64,000 nt of DNA. Source: Octopus vulgaris (lineage: Eukaryota). The notes beneath the pieces were generated by a model. It did not search any database, was not told where the DNA came from, and was given only the letters and a program-made list of their open reading frames with translations. A program made the position numbers and the translations under genes. The stretch lies in contig OX597825.1 in the NCBI GenBank assembly GCA_951406725.2, positions 11,470,001 to 11,534,000 of the forward strand. Reading direction: 5' to 3'. Positions 43,631 to 57,232 of the stretch are shown piece by piece. Each line of letters begins with the position of its first letter. Position 1 is the stretch's first letter.

Positions 43631-45218
43631 AGAGAGAGAGAATCGGATTATTTCCAAGCGGTGGATTGCAGATTAACGATGATGAATTCTTGATTTCTAT
43701 CTTTATCCGTGTATATAATTCTTGGCCCAGCTCAACCTCGAACTTGTGAATATATCTACTGCAGCAAATTCACACGAAATAAAACATTCTTCTCCAGAGA
43801 AGAATTATTAAGATGTATGAGCTAATGAGAAATAAACGAGGTTATGTGGTTGGTCAACACAAAATAAATAGCAGCCAAAACTACCGGCCTAAAGCACATA
43901 GGATAATCTGGCCAAGCATATAATATATCTGAAATCAAACAAGATGATCATGGTTGTAAGGCGTTTGGTCACAGATCTTCAGCATCAGACTGACTTAGAG
44001 CAAAGGACCAACTTCAAGAAAAATATAGAAAAAACCACCAAAGAAAAACAGCAGCGGGATACTGTATGTAATGTATTTATGATATTAAAATAATTTCCTT
44101 TACCACTTAGTCAGGACATGAAGTGCAGCGCTTACGGTACTTTATTGATTCCCAAACATTTGAGACTTGAGATGAAGAGAAGAAGAGAGTGATCTTCAAA
44201 GTGAAAACCGGTGCCGAAGTTTTGTAAACGTGAATTTCGCAAGAACCATCGAAAAACTTCGAAAGCAAAGAGGCAGAATACTGCAAGTAATTTAATTTCA
44301 ACGATTGTCGTGCATTAGATATGTACTTGGATTCATCAGAGAAAGTAATACTTTGTCCTCCAGGCGGGCGATACAACTAACGTGTCTCAATACCAAGATT
44401 TTCGTCATACGGTGTAAACTTAGAAGGAAAGTCTGTTTATCCACGATCAGGTCTAGCTACACAAAAGAGAGCGTTTGAAAACGCATTAAAAGATATTAAT
44501 GCTAAGAAATGCGGCAGAAACCAATAATATTATCCAGTTTTGGGGAACGAGGGGACGAATTATATTAATGATCTTGTTATGTCGTATGTTAAAGTTAAGG
44601 TTTGTGTGAGTCTGATTATAATGTAGTGGACGTAAGTATGCGCCGTGGCATTCATTCCTATCTGGACTCGATTAAATGAAATGAAAAGAGTTATTCGTGA
44701 AATGAACTCGTGTCGTATAGCATTCTATCAAAAGCTTATCTTTGTTTTTCAGGATTTATATATCTAATACTTTGGTGTATAAATACACGCGAAAAATGCA
44801 GTAAAGACCTTGACATATCCAAAGGAAAACGACAGACGCAGATGTATATGCATTCACACATAGACGGACACACGTGCGAACACATATCATAGCTCACATG
44901 TATCAAATATATATATGCCTCGAGTAGAAAAATACATATATTCTCATATCCTTCACGCCCTCCACATACATAAAGCACAGTATCAGTAATTCATATACAT
45001 ATACCAACACAAATAGACGCATATAAAAATGGGAGAATATGTACGCAAATACGCATTCCAATGAAACAATTGCATCTGGTGTGTGAATCTGAACGAAACA
45101 AAACAAAACATACTCTCGCACAAATAGGTACAAAGAGTGACAATAGCAAGTATAATCCTATGTGTCTACATCTTTGCACTTACCTCTTTCTCTCTCTCTC
45201 TCTCTGTATATCTATCTG

Positions 45219-45291
<73 letters not shown>

Positions 45292-45489
45292 ATATATATA
45301 TATATATACATGCACATGTTCTTTTTCTTTTTGTATCTACATACATAAATACATAGACATACGTATTTGCATATATGCATATATACATGTATATGTATAT
45401 ATATATATATGTATATATGTATATATCTATATTTATATCTATATGTATGTATGTATCCCTTTCTCTCCCCCCCTCTCTCTCTCTCTCTA

Positions 45490-45532
<43 letters not shown>

Positions 45533-46637
45533 TAACACATATACATATGGATTTGAATGTAAACCAACAAATGTATGCCTTCCTGTATAGGCACACAGAA
45601 ACAAACTGTTGAATCCAACAGGCATTTGAAAACACACAAAAACAATTTTTCTAAGCACAGTTAAAGGTAACACGCTGAGAAAATGTCGCTTGCAGCCTTA
45701 TACAGTTACGATTCGCTAATGACTATTCTGGACTGTGCCAACATTACTGGAGGTGTTTTGTGAGAGTAGAAATACTATAGAAATTATATATTAAATAAAT
45801 AACATTAATCACAATAAAATAAAAACCTAAAAGCAAACAAAATAGCAAAATGAACGACATTACCTAGATAAAAAATAAAAAAAAAGAGAATATAAAAATA
45901 TAAAAAATATGAGGAAAATATCGTAATATATAATGTCAAACGGAATCTAACAAAAGAGAAACCGTTCTTGCTACAGCTCTATCATCGTAGGAACCAAAAA
46001 AAAAAAAAATCAACAACCAAAAAAGAGAGAAATATCAGAGCCGAAGTAGTGTTTGGAAGAACTAAATGTTAGGAAGAGATGTTTCTAGTTAGCTTGACAA
46101 ATGAACAATCAGCGGAAGTTGATATTTACATACTTACTTGTCTGTGAATGTTGTAAGGCTACTTGTTGTTGTCGTTGCAGTTGTTATTGTTGCTGTTACT
46201 GTTGTTGTTGCTGTTGTTGTTGTTGTTGTTACCTTATCGTTGTTATTGTTCCTGTTTCAGCTATGATTGATCGCATATTGTTGACCTCCGGTAACGTGTG
46301 TTTAAAACTCCATTTAAAACACAGAAATCTGTGACAGAAATTGATTTCCAAACATTGCACACGCACACGTACACACACATGCACACACACATGCACACAC
46401 ACGCACGCACACACATACATACGTCCGCATGCACTATCTTACACTTGTCCACTCATTCGAACGCACACACATGGTATCGCATACACCTTCGAGAGATCGA
46501 GAAACGGAATAAAAGTGAGGTTGTGGCTGGTGTCTTAGAGATATCATAATCATCATAATAATAGATATGAAGAGAGAAAAGCAAACGAAAAATGCACTGC
46601 AACATACCTTCTCTTTGTGTGTGTGTATATATATATG

Positions 46638-47141
46638 TATAATTATAACAAAGGGATTTTGCAACAAGTTGCTTAAACCACATACCGAAAATATTAGAAA
46701 TAGCAGCCAAATAGGTTACCATTACTATTACTACAAAAATAAGTCTCCACAAACAACAGTATTTGTAACTCATATATGGTAAAAAGAAGAAAGGAAAACA
46801 ACGAGGCCACACAGTCTACTGGATTAATTATGGACGATCGTTTCTGGATTAGAATCGTAAAGTTCATTTCCTTATCAACATAATATTTCCCATAAATTTA
46901 GAAATGCTAGGAAAAACTTACCTCCTATATATTCGATCAAGCGACATCGAAAGATATAAGACCACTAGCATATTCACATTTGTTTTCCTTTCTTCTTTTA
47001 CCATATATGAGTTACAAATACTGTTGTTTGTGGAGACTTATTTTTGTAGTAATAGTAATAGTAGCCCTTTGACTGCTATTTCTAATATTTTCGGTACGTG
47101 GTTTAAGCAACCTGTTGCAAAATCCCTTTATTATAATTATA
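46638..47141. repeat. Inverted repeat with ~163-bp arms and ~178-bp spacer
   Basis: 46638-46801 is the reverse complement of 46980-47141 with few mismatches. Confidence 0.92.
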
Positions 47142-47232
47142 TAAATTTTTACCGAATATGATCCTTTTCATACCGAAATACTACTAGGTGAAACTTATTG
47201 ATTTTATTAAATTAATTATATTTCACCCTTTA

Positions 47233-47322
<90 letters not shown>

Positions 47323-47324
<2 letters not shown>

Positions 47325-47429
47325 ACGCCGGGTGTATCGTTGGCGATTTTCTTTCTCCGTCTTCCCTTCCTTGGACTTTTCCTTTTATCTATATTTCTGA
47401 CGAAGAGCTCCGCTCTAAACGTTAAATCC

Positions 47430-47461
<32 letters not shown>

Positions 47462-47545
47462 TCCTTTCCTTTGCGTCCAATAACACTATACTTGTTCCAC
47501 GTCCTCGTGTTGTGTTTTCTCTTTGTTCATGTTTGGATTAACTAT
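47323..47545 (+). mobile_element. Related (TA)n-flanked element with a minimal HHR motif (47393-47427)
   Basis: ATTT-CTGACGA-A-GAGC-TCC-GCTC-TAAAC-GTT-AAAT: canonical CUGACGA, with G12 changed to T. The body differs from the other four copies but has the same architecture. Confidence 0.7.
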
Positions 47546-47551
47546 ATATAC

Positions 47552-47604
<53 letters not shown>

Positions 47605-47709
47605 CATACCATACATATCTCTTTCTCTCTCTTTCTAGTGTCTTAATTTTTCAAGCCAATCACGTGGGGAATGGTGTTTTCCTCCATTTTGGAAATGACA
47701 GTCTCGTGT

Positions 47710-47808
<99 letters not shown>

Positions 47809-48699
47809 GAAATTCCAAATTAATCTGATTTTCACGTTTCTATTATTTACAAATTTTATAATTTTACGATATTGAATTAAACCAGTAATTTCATGTGTTT
47901 GGCAATAATCAGTTTATACAGTGACATCGTGTTCCAGAATTGGCAACTGTAGTGAAAAGGTTAGATTTGTCTTTTAAAATACCCTCTGATGGGCTCCAGA
48001 CATGATGGGAATGTGGAATATGTCCTTTTATTAATAAAGGTATGCAAACAAGATTGACATCGGTTATATTGGGATTGTAATTTGGACTAAAATATTTCAT
48101 CAGAACATTTTGAATATTTGCTTATTTTGTCTTACATTTTAGTTTTGAGTAATACCGATTCCAGTCCAATAAGATTTCAAAACATTCCCCGTCTCATCTT
48201 CTGAAGAAAAAATTGACGAAAATCTGCTTGACATATCTTCTAAACCATTTTGTATTTTGTATGGGCTATCACAATTTCGCATTGAAAAATATATTATAAA
48301 CGTTAGAAGCTGAATAATAGTGAACCCGGTCAGTAAAATGTGATTTTCTATCTCTTTTAGTTACAACATGCACTAAAATATGTTCAGTAAAACATTTTAT
48401 AGGAAAACATTTTTATAAGAAAAACTTTTTGTATACAAATATTTATTAGTAAAATATTTATTCTTTCTGTTTTTGTTTTTTGTCTGCAAAACTCACCATG
48501 TGAAAACATGTAATAATATTTTTAAAGTAAATCTGTTATATGGAAACATTTATGTGGAAACATAATTTTATATATTTATTTTCGTATTTGTACGTATATA
48601 ATAGAAATATTTAACTCCCATATTAAAAATAAAACTTTTTTTATTCAAATACACACACAGGCTTTTGCAACATTTTCGTTCTTATTGTTTCTCTCTCCC

Positions 48700-48736
<37 letters not shown>

Positions 48737-49116
48737 ATATCTATATCTATAAATGCTTGTATATATATATATATGTATATGCTGTATATAAGCTTGCTTA
48801 TATATTACATTCTCCGAAAATAAATTATGCACCTACACACACACTGTTGAAATATATGTACAATAAAAATACAGAACATCTAAACAGAACATAAAACATA
48901 TAATACACGACAAACAGTAGAAAACAAGATGTTCTGCGCATAATTCCAAAGTTTGTAATAATTCACTCTATAAAAGTTTTGTATTTATTTCATAAAATAC
49001 GTTATAAGAAACTCTCGTGCGCGCAGTCACATTTTGGCAAGGAAATATTAATCTGTGGTGTAGATGTGGCCATGTGGTGAGGTTTGACGAATGCTGGAAC
49101 TGTAAGAGTTAATTTA

Positions 49117-49380
49117 GGATCTTTTCACTTTGACCGGCAGATTTTTAAAATAATTTATTTGTAACTAAACACTTTTAAACTTCGTACACTGGTAGTGTGT
49201 TACATAAAGCATCTTTTTCTCTTGGCTTTCTTGAGAAAATTCTGTAGTTTGTAAGCTATTTGTTGTTTAATTTATTGCATTTCGGCAATTTCAACCAATC
49301 AATGACGTCTATTGAGGTGAATACAATTTTTGCCGTAGTTTGTCAACAACATTTTTCTGCCGGTCAAAGTGAAAAGATCC
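49117..49380. mobile_element. MITE with 25-bp TIRs and 8-bp TSD (Merlin- or MULE-like termini)
   Basis: TIR GGATCTTTTCACTTTGACCGGCAGA at both ends. TTAATTTA is duplicated at 49109-49116 and 49381-49388. Confidence 0.9.
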
Positions 49381-49668
49381 TTAATTTACATTTCATCTCT
49401 GTATACAGGCATCAATTTTTATCAGGTCTGTATAAGGTGTTTCACTCGGTATTTAGGCCAAAGCCTTTCAAAAGGAAATAAGAGCATACAGTCTATATTT
49501 GTATTAGTGGCCTGAATGGGGTATTTGGTAGACTTTCCCGGTTATGCTGCTTTCTATAATTAGCATAGGCCATTTCGGATGCTATACAGTCCAACACGGG
49601 ATTGACTACTTTGTCATCGAATGATAAAATATACACAAGGCCACATACATATTTAACAACCCTACCCA

Positions 49669-50086
49669 TCTATTATATAAAATCCGTTCTGTCTGTGTGT
49701 GTGTCTTCTAGTATTTCGGGCATCCTCCATCCGATTGCGTTCAAATTTGATATGTAGATACCGATGGTATCAGGGCGTGTATAAGTCTTGATAAAATTAC
49801 AAAAATCGATGCCAGGTAAGAATGCGATCGATAAAGCCGTGGGGACGTGCATTTGTACGCGCAAGTACATCAGCTGTTGCGATCGATACTACGCGTACAC
49901 AAGAAAAATACACGTGCAGTTTTCGCAAAAAAGCCGGCCTGTTTGGTATCTCAAATTTAGGTTAAATCAGTGTTTCTCAAAGGGGAGGCCTATGAGACGG
50001 TCGGACAAGTTGTTTTGAGAAAATTTGGTTTAAATGTTTGACAACTCAGCACGGTCCATTGGACGGGGTGGGGGGCGTTTTGCTCG
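49669..50086 (+). mobile_element. Helitron-like element
   Basis: 5' A|TCTATTATATAAAA followed by CTGT/GT repeats; subterminal hairpin GTCCATTGGAC; 3' end CTCG|T (imperfect CTRR). Confidence 0.55.
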
Positions 50087-51255
50087 TATAGTATATAAGA
50101 GATCACATTTTCATGTTAGTCATTAATTCTCTTCACTGTAAGAAGGTACCTGAAGAACTTATTTTAGAAAGCACAGTGTAGACAATAGATATCTTTATAT
50201 ACCTATGAGCACGGGAAAGCAAAACTGTTGATATGGGATGTGTTTGCAGCCGAAAAAATGTAAATATACTTTGTACTATGAATGGAGTTATTTATCTTGT
50301 TCGTAGTGTAGATTGCAAAATAAGTGCTAATATCCTATAAGTTGAGTTTCAGACTAAACTTAAATATATGACTAAAAGCATTCGATATTTGTTATCTTTC
50401 ATTTTGTTTGAACACAGAATATAGAAAAGATGCTTTAGATTATAACCATGATATAAACGATTGGATATAAGTCATTTCACCGGAAGTCCAATATTGTCTA
50501 TTCTAAAAACACTGGACTATCTAAATTACATCTGAAGTCGTCCTTTGTTCTTCACATTTTAACAAACTGGTAAAATTTGTTTATTTAAACGTCAGGTTTA
50601 GTATCGTAAATCCAACTTTCTTAATTACAAAGTTGCACCAAACTATGTATAAAGTAAACCTTTGAAGAAATATGAGGCACTTCTTACATAACACAGGTTT
50701 GTTGTGCTGTTGATAGTTGTTATTTTACAGAACAAGCTATTAGTTATACCTAATCATTAATATAAATCTTAAATTCTTAGCAGAAAATCACTTTAGCTGC
50801 ATTTGCAAGCATTTAAGATAGATGTAATGGAAAGATTAAATCCTTTAGAGAATAGTAAAATTTGATAATCCACACGAATTGCTGAAATAATTGGTCGTAT
50901 TTACAAGAGACGCAAGTTGTAATGTGTCACGATATATCCTCTGCTGCAGTCACGTTATGTTAATTGTTATACACACGCACACATACTCACACATAGATTT
51001 TATGTGTATGTATGTATATACGTATGTAAGTAAGCATGTTTGCACATGCAGACACGCTCATACACGCGAAGATGCACACATACACGTACACACACACAAA
51101 GATACATGTATTTGAAATTTGTGTGTACGTGTGTGGTGCGCGTGCGCGCCGTGAATATTCTCAAAAATAACGATCTGCTGAAGTTTGAACGAATTCGTCA
51201 AATTTGCTACAAGTGGTACTAAATTAGGTTTTTAATATACATATATATATATAAA

Positions 51256-51740
51256 GGCGGCGAGCTGGCTGAAAGGTTAACACGCCGGGCGAAATGCTTA
51301 GCGGTATTTCGTCTGCCGTTACGTTGTGAGTTCAAATTCCGCCGAGGTCGACTTTGCCTTTCATCCTTTCGGGGTCGATAAATTAAGTACCAGTTACGCA
51401 CTGGGGTCGATGTAATCGACTTAATCCGTTTGTCTGTCCTTGTTTGTCCCCTCTGTGTTTAGCCCTTGTGGGTAATAAAGAAATAGAAATAGGTATTTCG
51501 TCTGCCGCTACGTTCTAAGTTCAACTTCCGCCGAAGTCGACTTTGCCTCTCATCCTTTCGGGGTCGATTAAATAAGTAGCAGTTACGCACTGGGGTCGAT
51601 ATAATCGACTTAATCCGTTTGTCTGTCCTTGTTTGCCCACTCTGTGGTAAGCCCCTTGTGGGTAGTAAAGAAATAGGTATTCCGTCTGTCCTTGTGTTCT
51701 GAGTTCAAATTCCGCCGAGGTCGACTTTGTCTTTTATACT
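51256..51740 (+). mobile_element. SINE family A, trimeric array
   Basis: One full unit plus two body repeats that restart at GGTATT(T/C)CGTC. Confidence 0.9.
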
Positions 51741-51891
51741 TTCAGTTTCCGTCTACCAAATCCACCCACGAGGCTTTGGTCGGCCCGAGGCTATAGTAGA
51801 AGGCACTTGCCCAAGGTGCTACACAGTGGGACTGAACCCGGAACCATGTGGCTGGTAAGCAAGCTACTTACCACACAGGCACTCCTACGCC
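51741..51891 (-). mobile_element. SINE family B head half, abutting the SINE A array
   Basis: Homology from TTTCAGTTTCCGTCTACC to CACTCCTACGCC. Confidence 0.88.
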
Positions 51892-51995
51892 AAAATCTTC
51901 TGAAAGTTGTACAAAAAAGAGTGGGGCGTGACACATTCAAGTGGAATGTAGTCAAGGTGTAGTATTGGTGTTAATCTAAAGCTATATGACATGAG

Positions 51996-52226
51996 GGCGG
52001 CGAGCTGTCAGAAACGTTAGCACGCCGTGCAGAATGCTAAGCGGTATTTCGTCTGTCGTTACGTTCTGAGTTCAAATTCCGCCGAGGTCGACTTTGCCTT
52101 TCATCCTTTCGGGGTCGATAAATAAAGTACCAGTTTCGCACTGGGGTCGATATAATCGACTTAATCCGTTTCTCTGTCCTTGTTTGTCCCCTCTATGTTT
52201 AGCCCCTTGTGGGCAGTAAAGAAATA
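51996..52226 (+). mobile_element. SINE family A
   Basis: Near-consensus copy; flanking TATATGACA repeat. Confidence 0.92.
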
Positions 52227-53194
52227 TATATGACAGCAGTGAGCGTTTGAGAGAGCAATGGTGATTTGAAACCTGTAAACGATTAATTAAAAATTGATAG
52301 TAAAGTCAGAAAATCGATCATCAAACTTTCAACAGTTGTATTTAAACCGTCACCGACAGAGTTAATGCAAAAACTGTATAAACGCAATAAAAACATAATT
52401 ACTATCAAATCTACAAGAGGAGCGAAAGTTTCCAAATTTATTTAGCTTAAAACGTGTTGATATCCAATATTATCTAACTTATAAAAGAAATTATTAATTA
52501 AAATAAGCAATTATCGAACAATCATAATTCATGAGAATCTCATTAATTGTGTGAAAAGTATATCCCGGTGGAGCAAACGTTCATAAAGCATGATGATTGA
52601 GAGTCTTATCCCACAGAGGATATCGATATTATAAATGATCAGAAAGTAATAAATCTTCATTTCCGAGGGTCAGATTCATTGAGCTTCAACATTGATTCTG
52701 ACGTATTATACATTTTTGATGCGTTTTGTATTTCCAATTTCATTCACTTCTCTCCTTTATTCAGTGTTGTTCCCAATAGAACGTGATATACAACGATTGA
52801 TTGAGTAAAGAACCAAGCAGCAACAGAAGAGGGTTACTGTTTTGTATCATCGAGTAGAATAACGAAGCATAAAGCTTATGTTCTCGGTATAGAGGAAAAT
52901 TAAACGTAAAATCAAGAAGCGAACGAAACGTGGAGTAATCGCAATATTTCAGCAAATTGAGTGAAGTGGGTTGAGAAGATGTTTGATATCTGAACAAAAC
53001 TCATTTCCGATATTATTTGCGACGCATCGTTTCGGTTTCGAATCATGTTACGGCTAACTTTAACTTTCATCATTCCTGATTAATTAAATAAATTATTAAT
53101 CGGATGTTTACGATAAAACTCTAGCGTTAATAGTATCAACAATATTACTGGTAATTGATATGGAGTAGTATCAAGTATGTAGAATTAACTATTT

Positions 53195-53895
53195 ATTGAA
53201 ATTAGTAATAATCGACATCGATTATCTGTGTAACCGGGGTGAAAACCGAAGATATCACCTACATCATAAGCAGTTGTCCAAAATGTCATACGGTATTATC
53301 TATCGATGAGAAATGATGTTGTAGCTTGGACACTGTATAACGACATCTATCGAAAGGATAACTCCGAGGACAAAGAAATACGAACCCATAGTTTGGTGGA
53401 AGCCATAATAAAAAAGAGAGCTGGTGGAATGTCCCAGTGAAAACCTGAATAAAATGTAAACGCAATTGTCCTCATATAATGATTTGGGATAGAGAAGAGA
53501 AACTGTGTACAGATGTGTAACACACTACCTAATTACCAATCTTGAGAAATTAGGAGTCTCAAAACCAGAAAGGACAAATCTGATTCGAAGACTATAGATC
53601 CAATCCATCACTGGAATTGTAAATATCGGTAAAACTTTCCAGAAGTTCATCATTTAAGTATAAATGAGCATATGTAGATATGCAAGTATGCGCATGAGAA
53701 GACATACATAAAACAAAACATACAAATCTGCACGTATGCATACATACATACATACATGCATACATACATACATGCATACAAAAAACCCTGTTGATGTTGC
53801 TGAAATTCCAATGGCAGAACCTTGGATCTAGGTTAGAAACCTGCTCCTTCTCTATTGTTAAGAAATCTTGAAATAAAAATGAATAATGACATACA
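53195..53895 (+). mobile_element. 3' fragment of an RLE-type non-LTR retrotransposon (R4/Dong-like)
   Basis: EDITYIISSCPK (decayed zinc knuckle), MRNDVVA (RHD-like), WWNVPV, NCPHIMIWDREEK (PD-like), stop near 53657. A putative 3' UTR ends next to CATA units. Confidence 0.7.
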
Positions 53896-54833
53896 TAGAC
53901 ACGTCCATACGTTCATGTCTATGTATATATGTATGCATGCATGTTTAGGTTACTGATTGTAAAATTTTGTAAAAATAATATTTTAGTCTAAGTCCAACAT
54001 AACCAAAACTTCGTATTCGATGTTTTAAATATTTCTTTTGTGTTTTCACAAGTTCTTTCATATCTTTACAACAACTTCAGGTAAATGTTTATAATGCAAT
54101 GATAACTATATCACGGTGAATGCATAACAGTGGTAACTGCAGCGAAATGAATTTGCATATAGCCAGAATAACAATAAATATGTAGCACTGTTATAGAAAT
54201 GAAGGAAGATAATATTTACAACATTACACCAGTTTTTGTGCGAATGATATTCTTTAGTCAAATTAAATTTGAATCAATATTACTGTACATACAGAACTGG
54301 TTTGAACTTTCTAGTAAATATTTCTTCTTATGTCCTTATAACTTCGCTTGAGTCATAATGCTTATGCTGTTGATTTATGGCTGTGTGATTCCAAAGGATT
54401 ACTTTGGGCGATTTGTCTGATATTTGACTCCCGAATTGCTGCTGGGTACTTCGTGTGCGTTCATAAATATTTTCCAGACGAGCCAATATTTGTACTTTTG
54501 TTTTTTGTCAAGTCGGGTACTTGGTGCAATAAACAAGATTTCTGCTCTGATAGGTGGTATTCCTATTAGTAAATACTTTCCTTCCGATTTTGTTTTGGTA
54601 TAATGACCATGCTTTCCAGTAAGTGCTTAATTAAAGAAATAGAAAACGAAAATGAAAAAAAAATCTTAGACGGGAACTTACTGCAATGAAATTTAAAGCA
54701 GATATTTCTATCAAGTTGAGTAAAAAGTAAGCAACGTTCTGAACCATGAAGAATTTGTATCGGATTTTTGCAGAGTTTTGAATTTTTTAAAACATTTTCT
54801 TGCAAATTTTTGATAATACAGATACAAATTTAA

Positions 54834-55040
54834 GACGGCGAGCTGGCAGACACATTAGCACGCTGGGAGAAATGCTTAGCGGTATTTCGTCTGTCTTTAC
54901 GTTCTGATTTCAAATCCCACTGAGGTCGACTTTGCCTTTCATCCTTCCGGGGTCGATAAATTAAGTACCAGTTGCGTACTGGTGTCGCTCTAATCAACTG
55001 GCCCTCTCCCACCAAATTTCGGGCCTTGTGCCTAGAAAAA
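54834..55040 (+). mobile_element. SINE family A variant with a different 3' tail
   Basis: Same head and body but tail CTGGCCCTCTCCCACCAAATTTCGGGCCTTGTGCC. More diverged relatives lie near 14050-14200, 30075-30250 and 57845-58050 on the minus strand. Confidence 0.85.
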
Positions 55041-55044
55041 AAAA

Positions 55045-56225
55045 AGACTACAGACATAGACTTGCCCAAATGCGTCAATAAATTAACAGTCATACTTTTT
55101 TCACCGTTGTTACGATCATCTGAAATGGAAATGACAAAGCGCGATATTCGAGCAATTTTGTTATTCAACTTCAAAAAAGGACCTAAAGCAGCTGAAACTG
55201 CTCACGATATCAACGAAACGTTTGATGAGGAAGTGACCATTGAGTGGTCAGCTTGAAAATGCTTTAAACGATTTTGCAGTAGAGACTTTAGCCTTGAAGA
55301 TCGTGAGCGTAATGGGCGCCCATCTGTCATCGATGACGGTCAATTAATGACCGTCATTGCGAAAGATCCGCGTAAAACCACTCGAGAATTGACAAAAGAA
55401 CTTCCACTTAGCCAGAAAATTGTCTCCAACCATTTGCATGCGATCGGAAAATCAAAGAACTCAACAATGGGTACCGCATGATTTGAATGAAAATCAGAAC
55501 ATGTGTAGATATGAAATTTGCTCGTTGTTTCAGTAACAAAACCGATCCATTTCTTAACTATATTGTAACTTGCGATGAAAAGTGGAATCTGTACAATAAT
55601 AAAAAAAAGCGTCCTTCGCTGTGGTTGGACCAAAATGAAGCACCGAAACCTGCCCTAAATCCGAGCTCTTCAATAAGAAGGTTATGGCAAACGTTTGGTG
55701 GTGTACTGCTGGACACATCTACTATAACTTCTGAAAACCTGGATAAGCCATTACTGCAGAAATATATTGCCCTGAAATTGCCAAAATGAACAAAAAACTG
55801 CAACTCTTCCGTCCCAGACAGTGTCAACAGGCGAGGGCCAATCATTTTTCATGATAATGCTCGACCACACGTTTGACTAATGACGCTCCAGAAGTTCAAG
55901 GAACTTAGGTACGAAGTTCTTCACCACCCAGCGTATTTACTGGACCTTTCTCTTACCGACTAACACTTTTTCAAGCACCTTCATGGTTTCCTGCGAGAGA
56001 AGGAGTTAAAAAATCAAACCGATGCTGAAAGTGCGTTCAAAGAGTTCATCAGCTCCAGAACTCCAGATCTTTATGTTACCGGAATAAACACATTTGTAAC
56101 CCATCGGAAAAAATGTGTTGATTGTAATGGAACTTAATTTGATGAATAAAATTTCCGCATTGTTGAAATATATTGTGATGAATTTCTTGTTTGGAAACGC
56201 TGCTTACTTTTTACTCAGTCTAATA
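55045..56225 (+). mobile_element. Degraded mariner transposon (DD34D-type transposase pseudogene, 55125-56149)
   Basis: MEMTKRDIRAILLFNFKKG, GRP, WVPHDL, IVTCDEKW, HDNARPHV and a YSPDL-like HPAYLLDLSLTD*HFF. A right TIR-like sequence ends ..CAGTCTAA+TA. No left TIR was seen; a SINE abuts that side. Confidence 0.92.
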
Positions 56226-56449
56226 CTATTGTGTGTCAGTAATCTCGTTTCAAAGTATAATATAAGGCTATCGATCGTCAAATTCCTGATGAAATATCAA
56301 AAATAACAAGTAGCAATATATTTGGAAAACAGCGAGAAATATTGATAAAATGCACTATACAATAAATCTTGTAAAATGTCGAGATTGGTCTCTTGGACTC
56401 TGGAATATTGCCATGAACACACTGGTTTCTAGTATTAAGACAATGGAAC

Positions 56450-57170
56450 TGACAGGAGCTTCACTCAGCAATCACTAAAGGATTAATAGCGGATTAACAG
56501 CGGAGAGGAATGATAACCTTTTGGAGGAATCTCTAGACGTTTACGAAACGAACTGGTGGAATGTTATAGAAGATATACGGACTGAAGACTACTATGAATG
56601 GTTTTTATCAGTTCTTTGATTGTTTTGTTACCAAGGAGCGCCTCCGCTCCAAGATAAGCTCTACAGACACATAAATGACGTCAGACAGTTTTAACCAAGA
56701 TATTCGCAGAACGACGGAAGCCGTTTTACACACAGTCGTTGAATGGCCGGGTATTGTTGATTCGGTTAGCTATGATGACCACGTGGTGTTGTGTGTGGGA
56801 GTGGTGTAGCTATCAGCCGATTGCATCGTGATGAATGCCTCATTTCCCTTCATTAACCGGGTCGGAAAGTAGTCTGGTGACTATAATGAAAGAAGTTGTA
56901 TGGTGGACGAGGGTAAAATGTGTGCGGGCAGAGATTTCACTCATTAGTTAAACTTACATCGATTCTTTTCAAGTTTCAATTGAAATGGAACAGAGGTGGG
57001 TGTTGTCTTGAAATGAATATATAGAAAGGTGCGCGAGTCTTACGAAAATAGTAAAAGCGGACATGCCACGGCTGTTGGTTGGAGGACGAGAACTAGAGTG
57101 GTCACTTGCCCTTGATGTTCAAGCTAATCAAGGGTCTAAGGGGTTTCCATTTGGCCTTATGTATCATTAT
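56450..57170 (+). mobile_element. Degraded Tx1/L1-clade LINE ORF2 C-terminus
   Basis: QGAPPLQDKLYRH, EAVLHTVVEWP (decayed CCHC-type knuckle) and KEVVWWTR. More GC-rich than its flanks. Confidence 0.55.
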
Positions 57171-57232
57171 AAATCATTATTTGTATTCTATAAATATTTA
57201 CATTTCATGCTCTTGTTTCTCACTCTCTGATC

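Noticed and set aside
44107-44460. Unique-looking segment with a minus-strand GTAAG donor and candidate acceptors
   Set aside because: Frames from the best acceptor contain stops and no peptide was recognised. A UTR exon cannot be excluded.
52761-52997. Minus-strand ORF with an acceptor-like site and AATAAA
   Set aside because: No recognisable homology; such signals occur by chance in AT-rich DNA.
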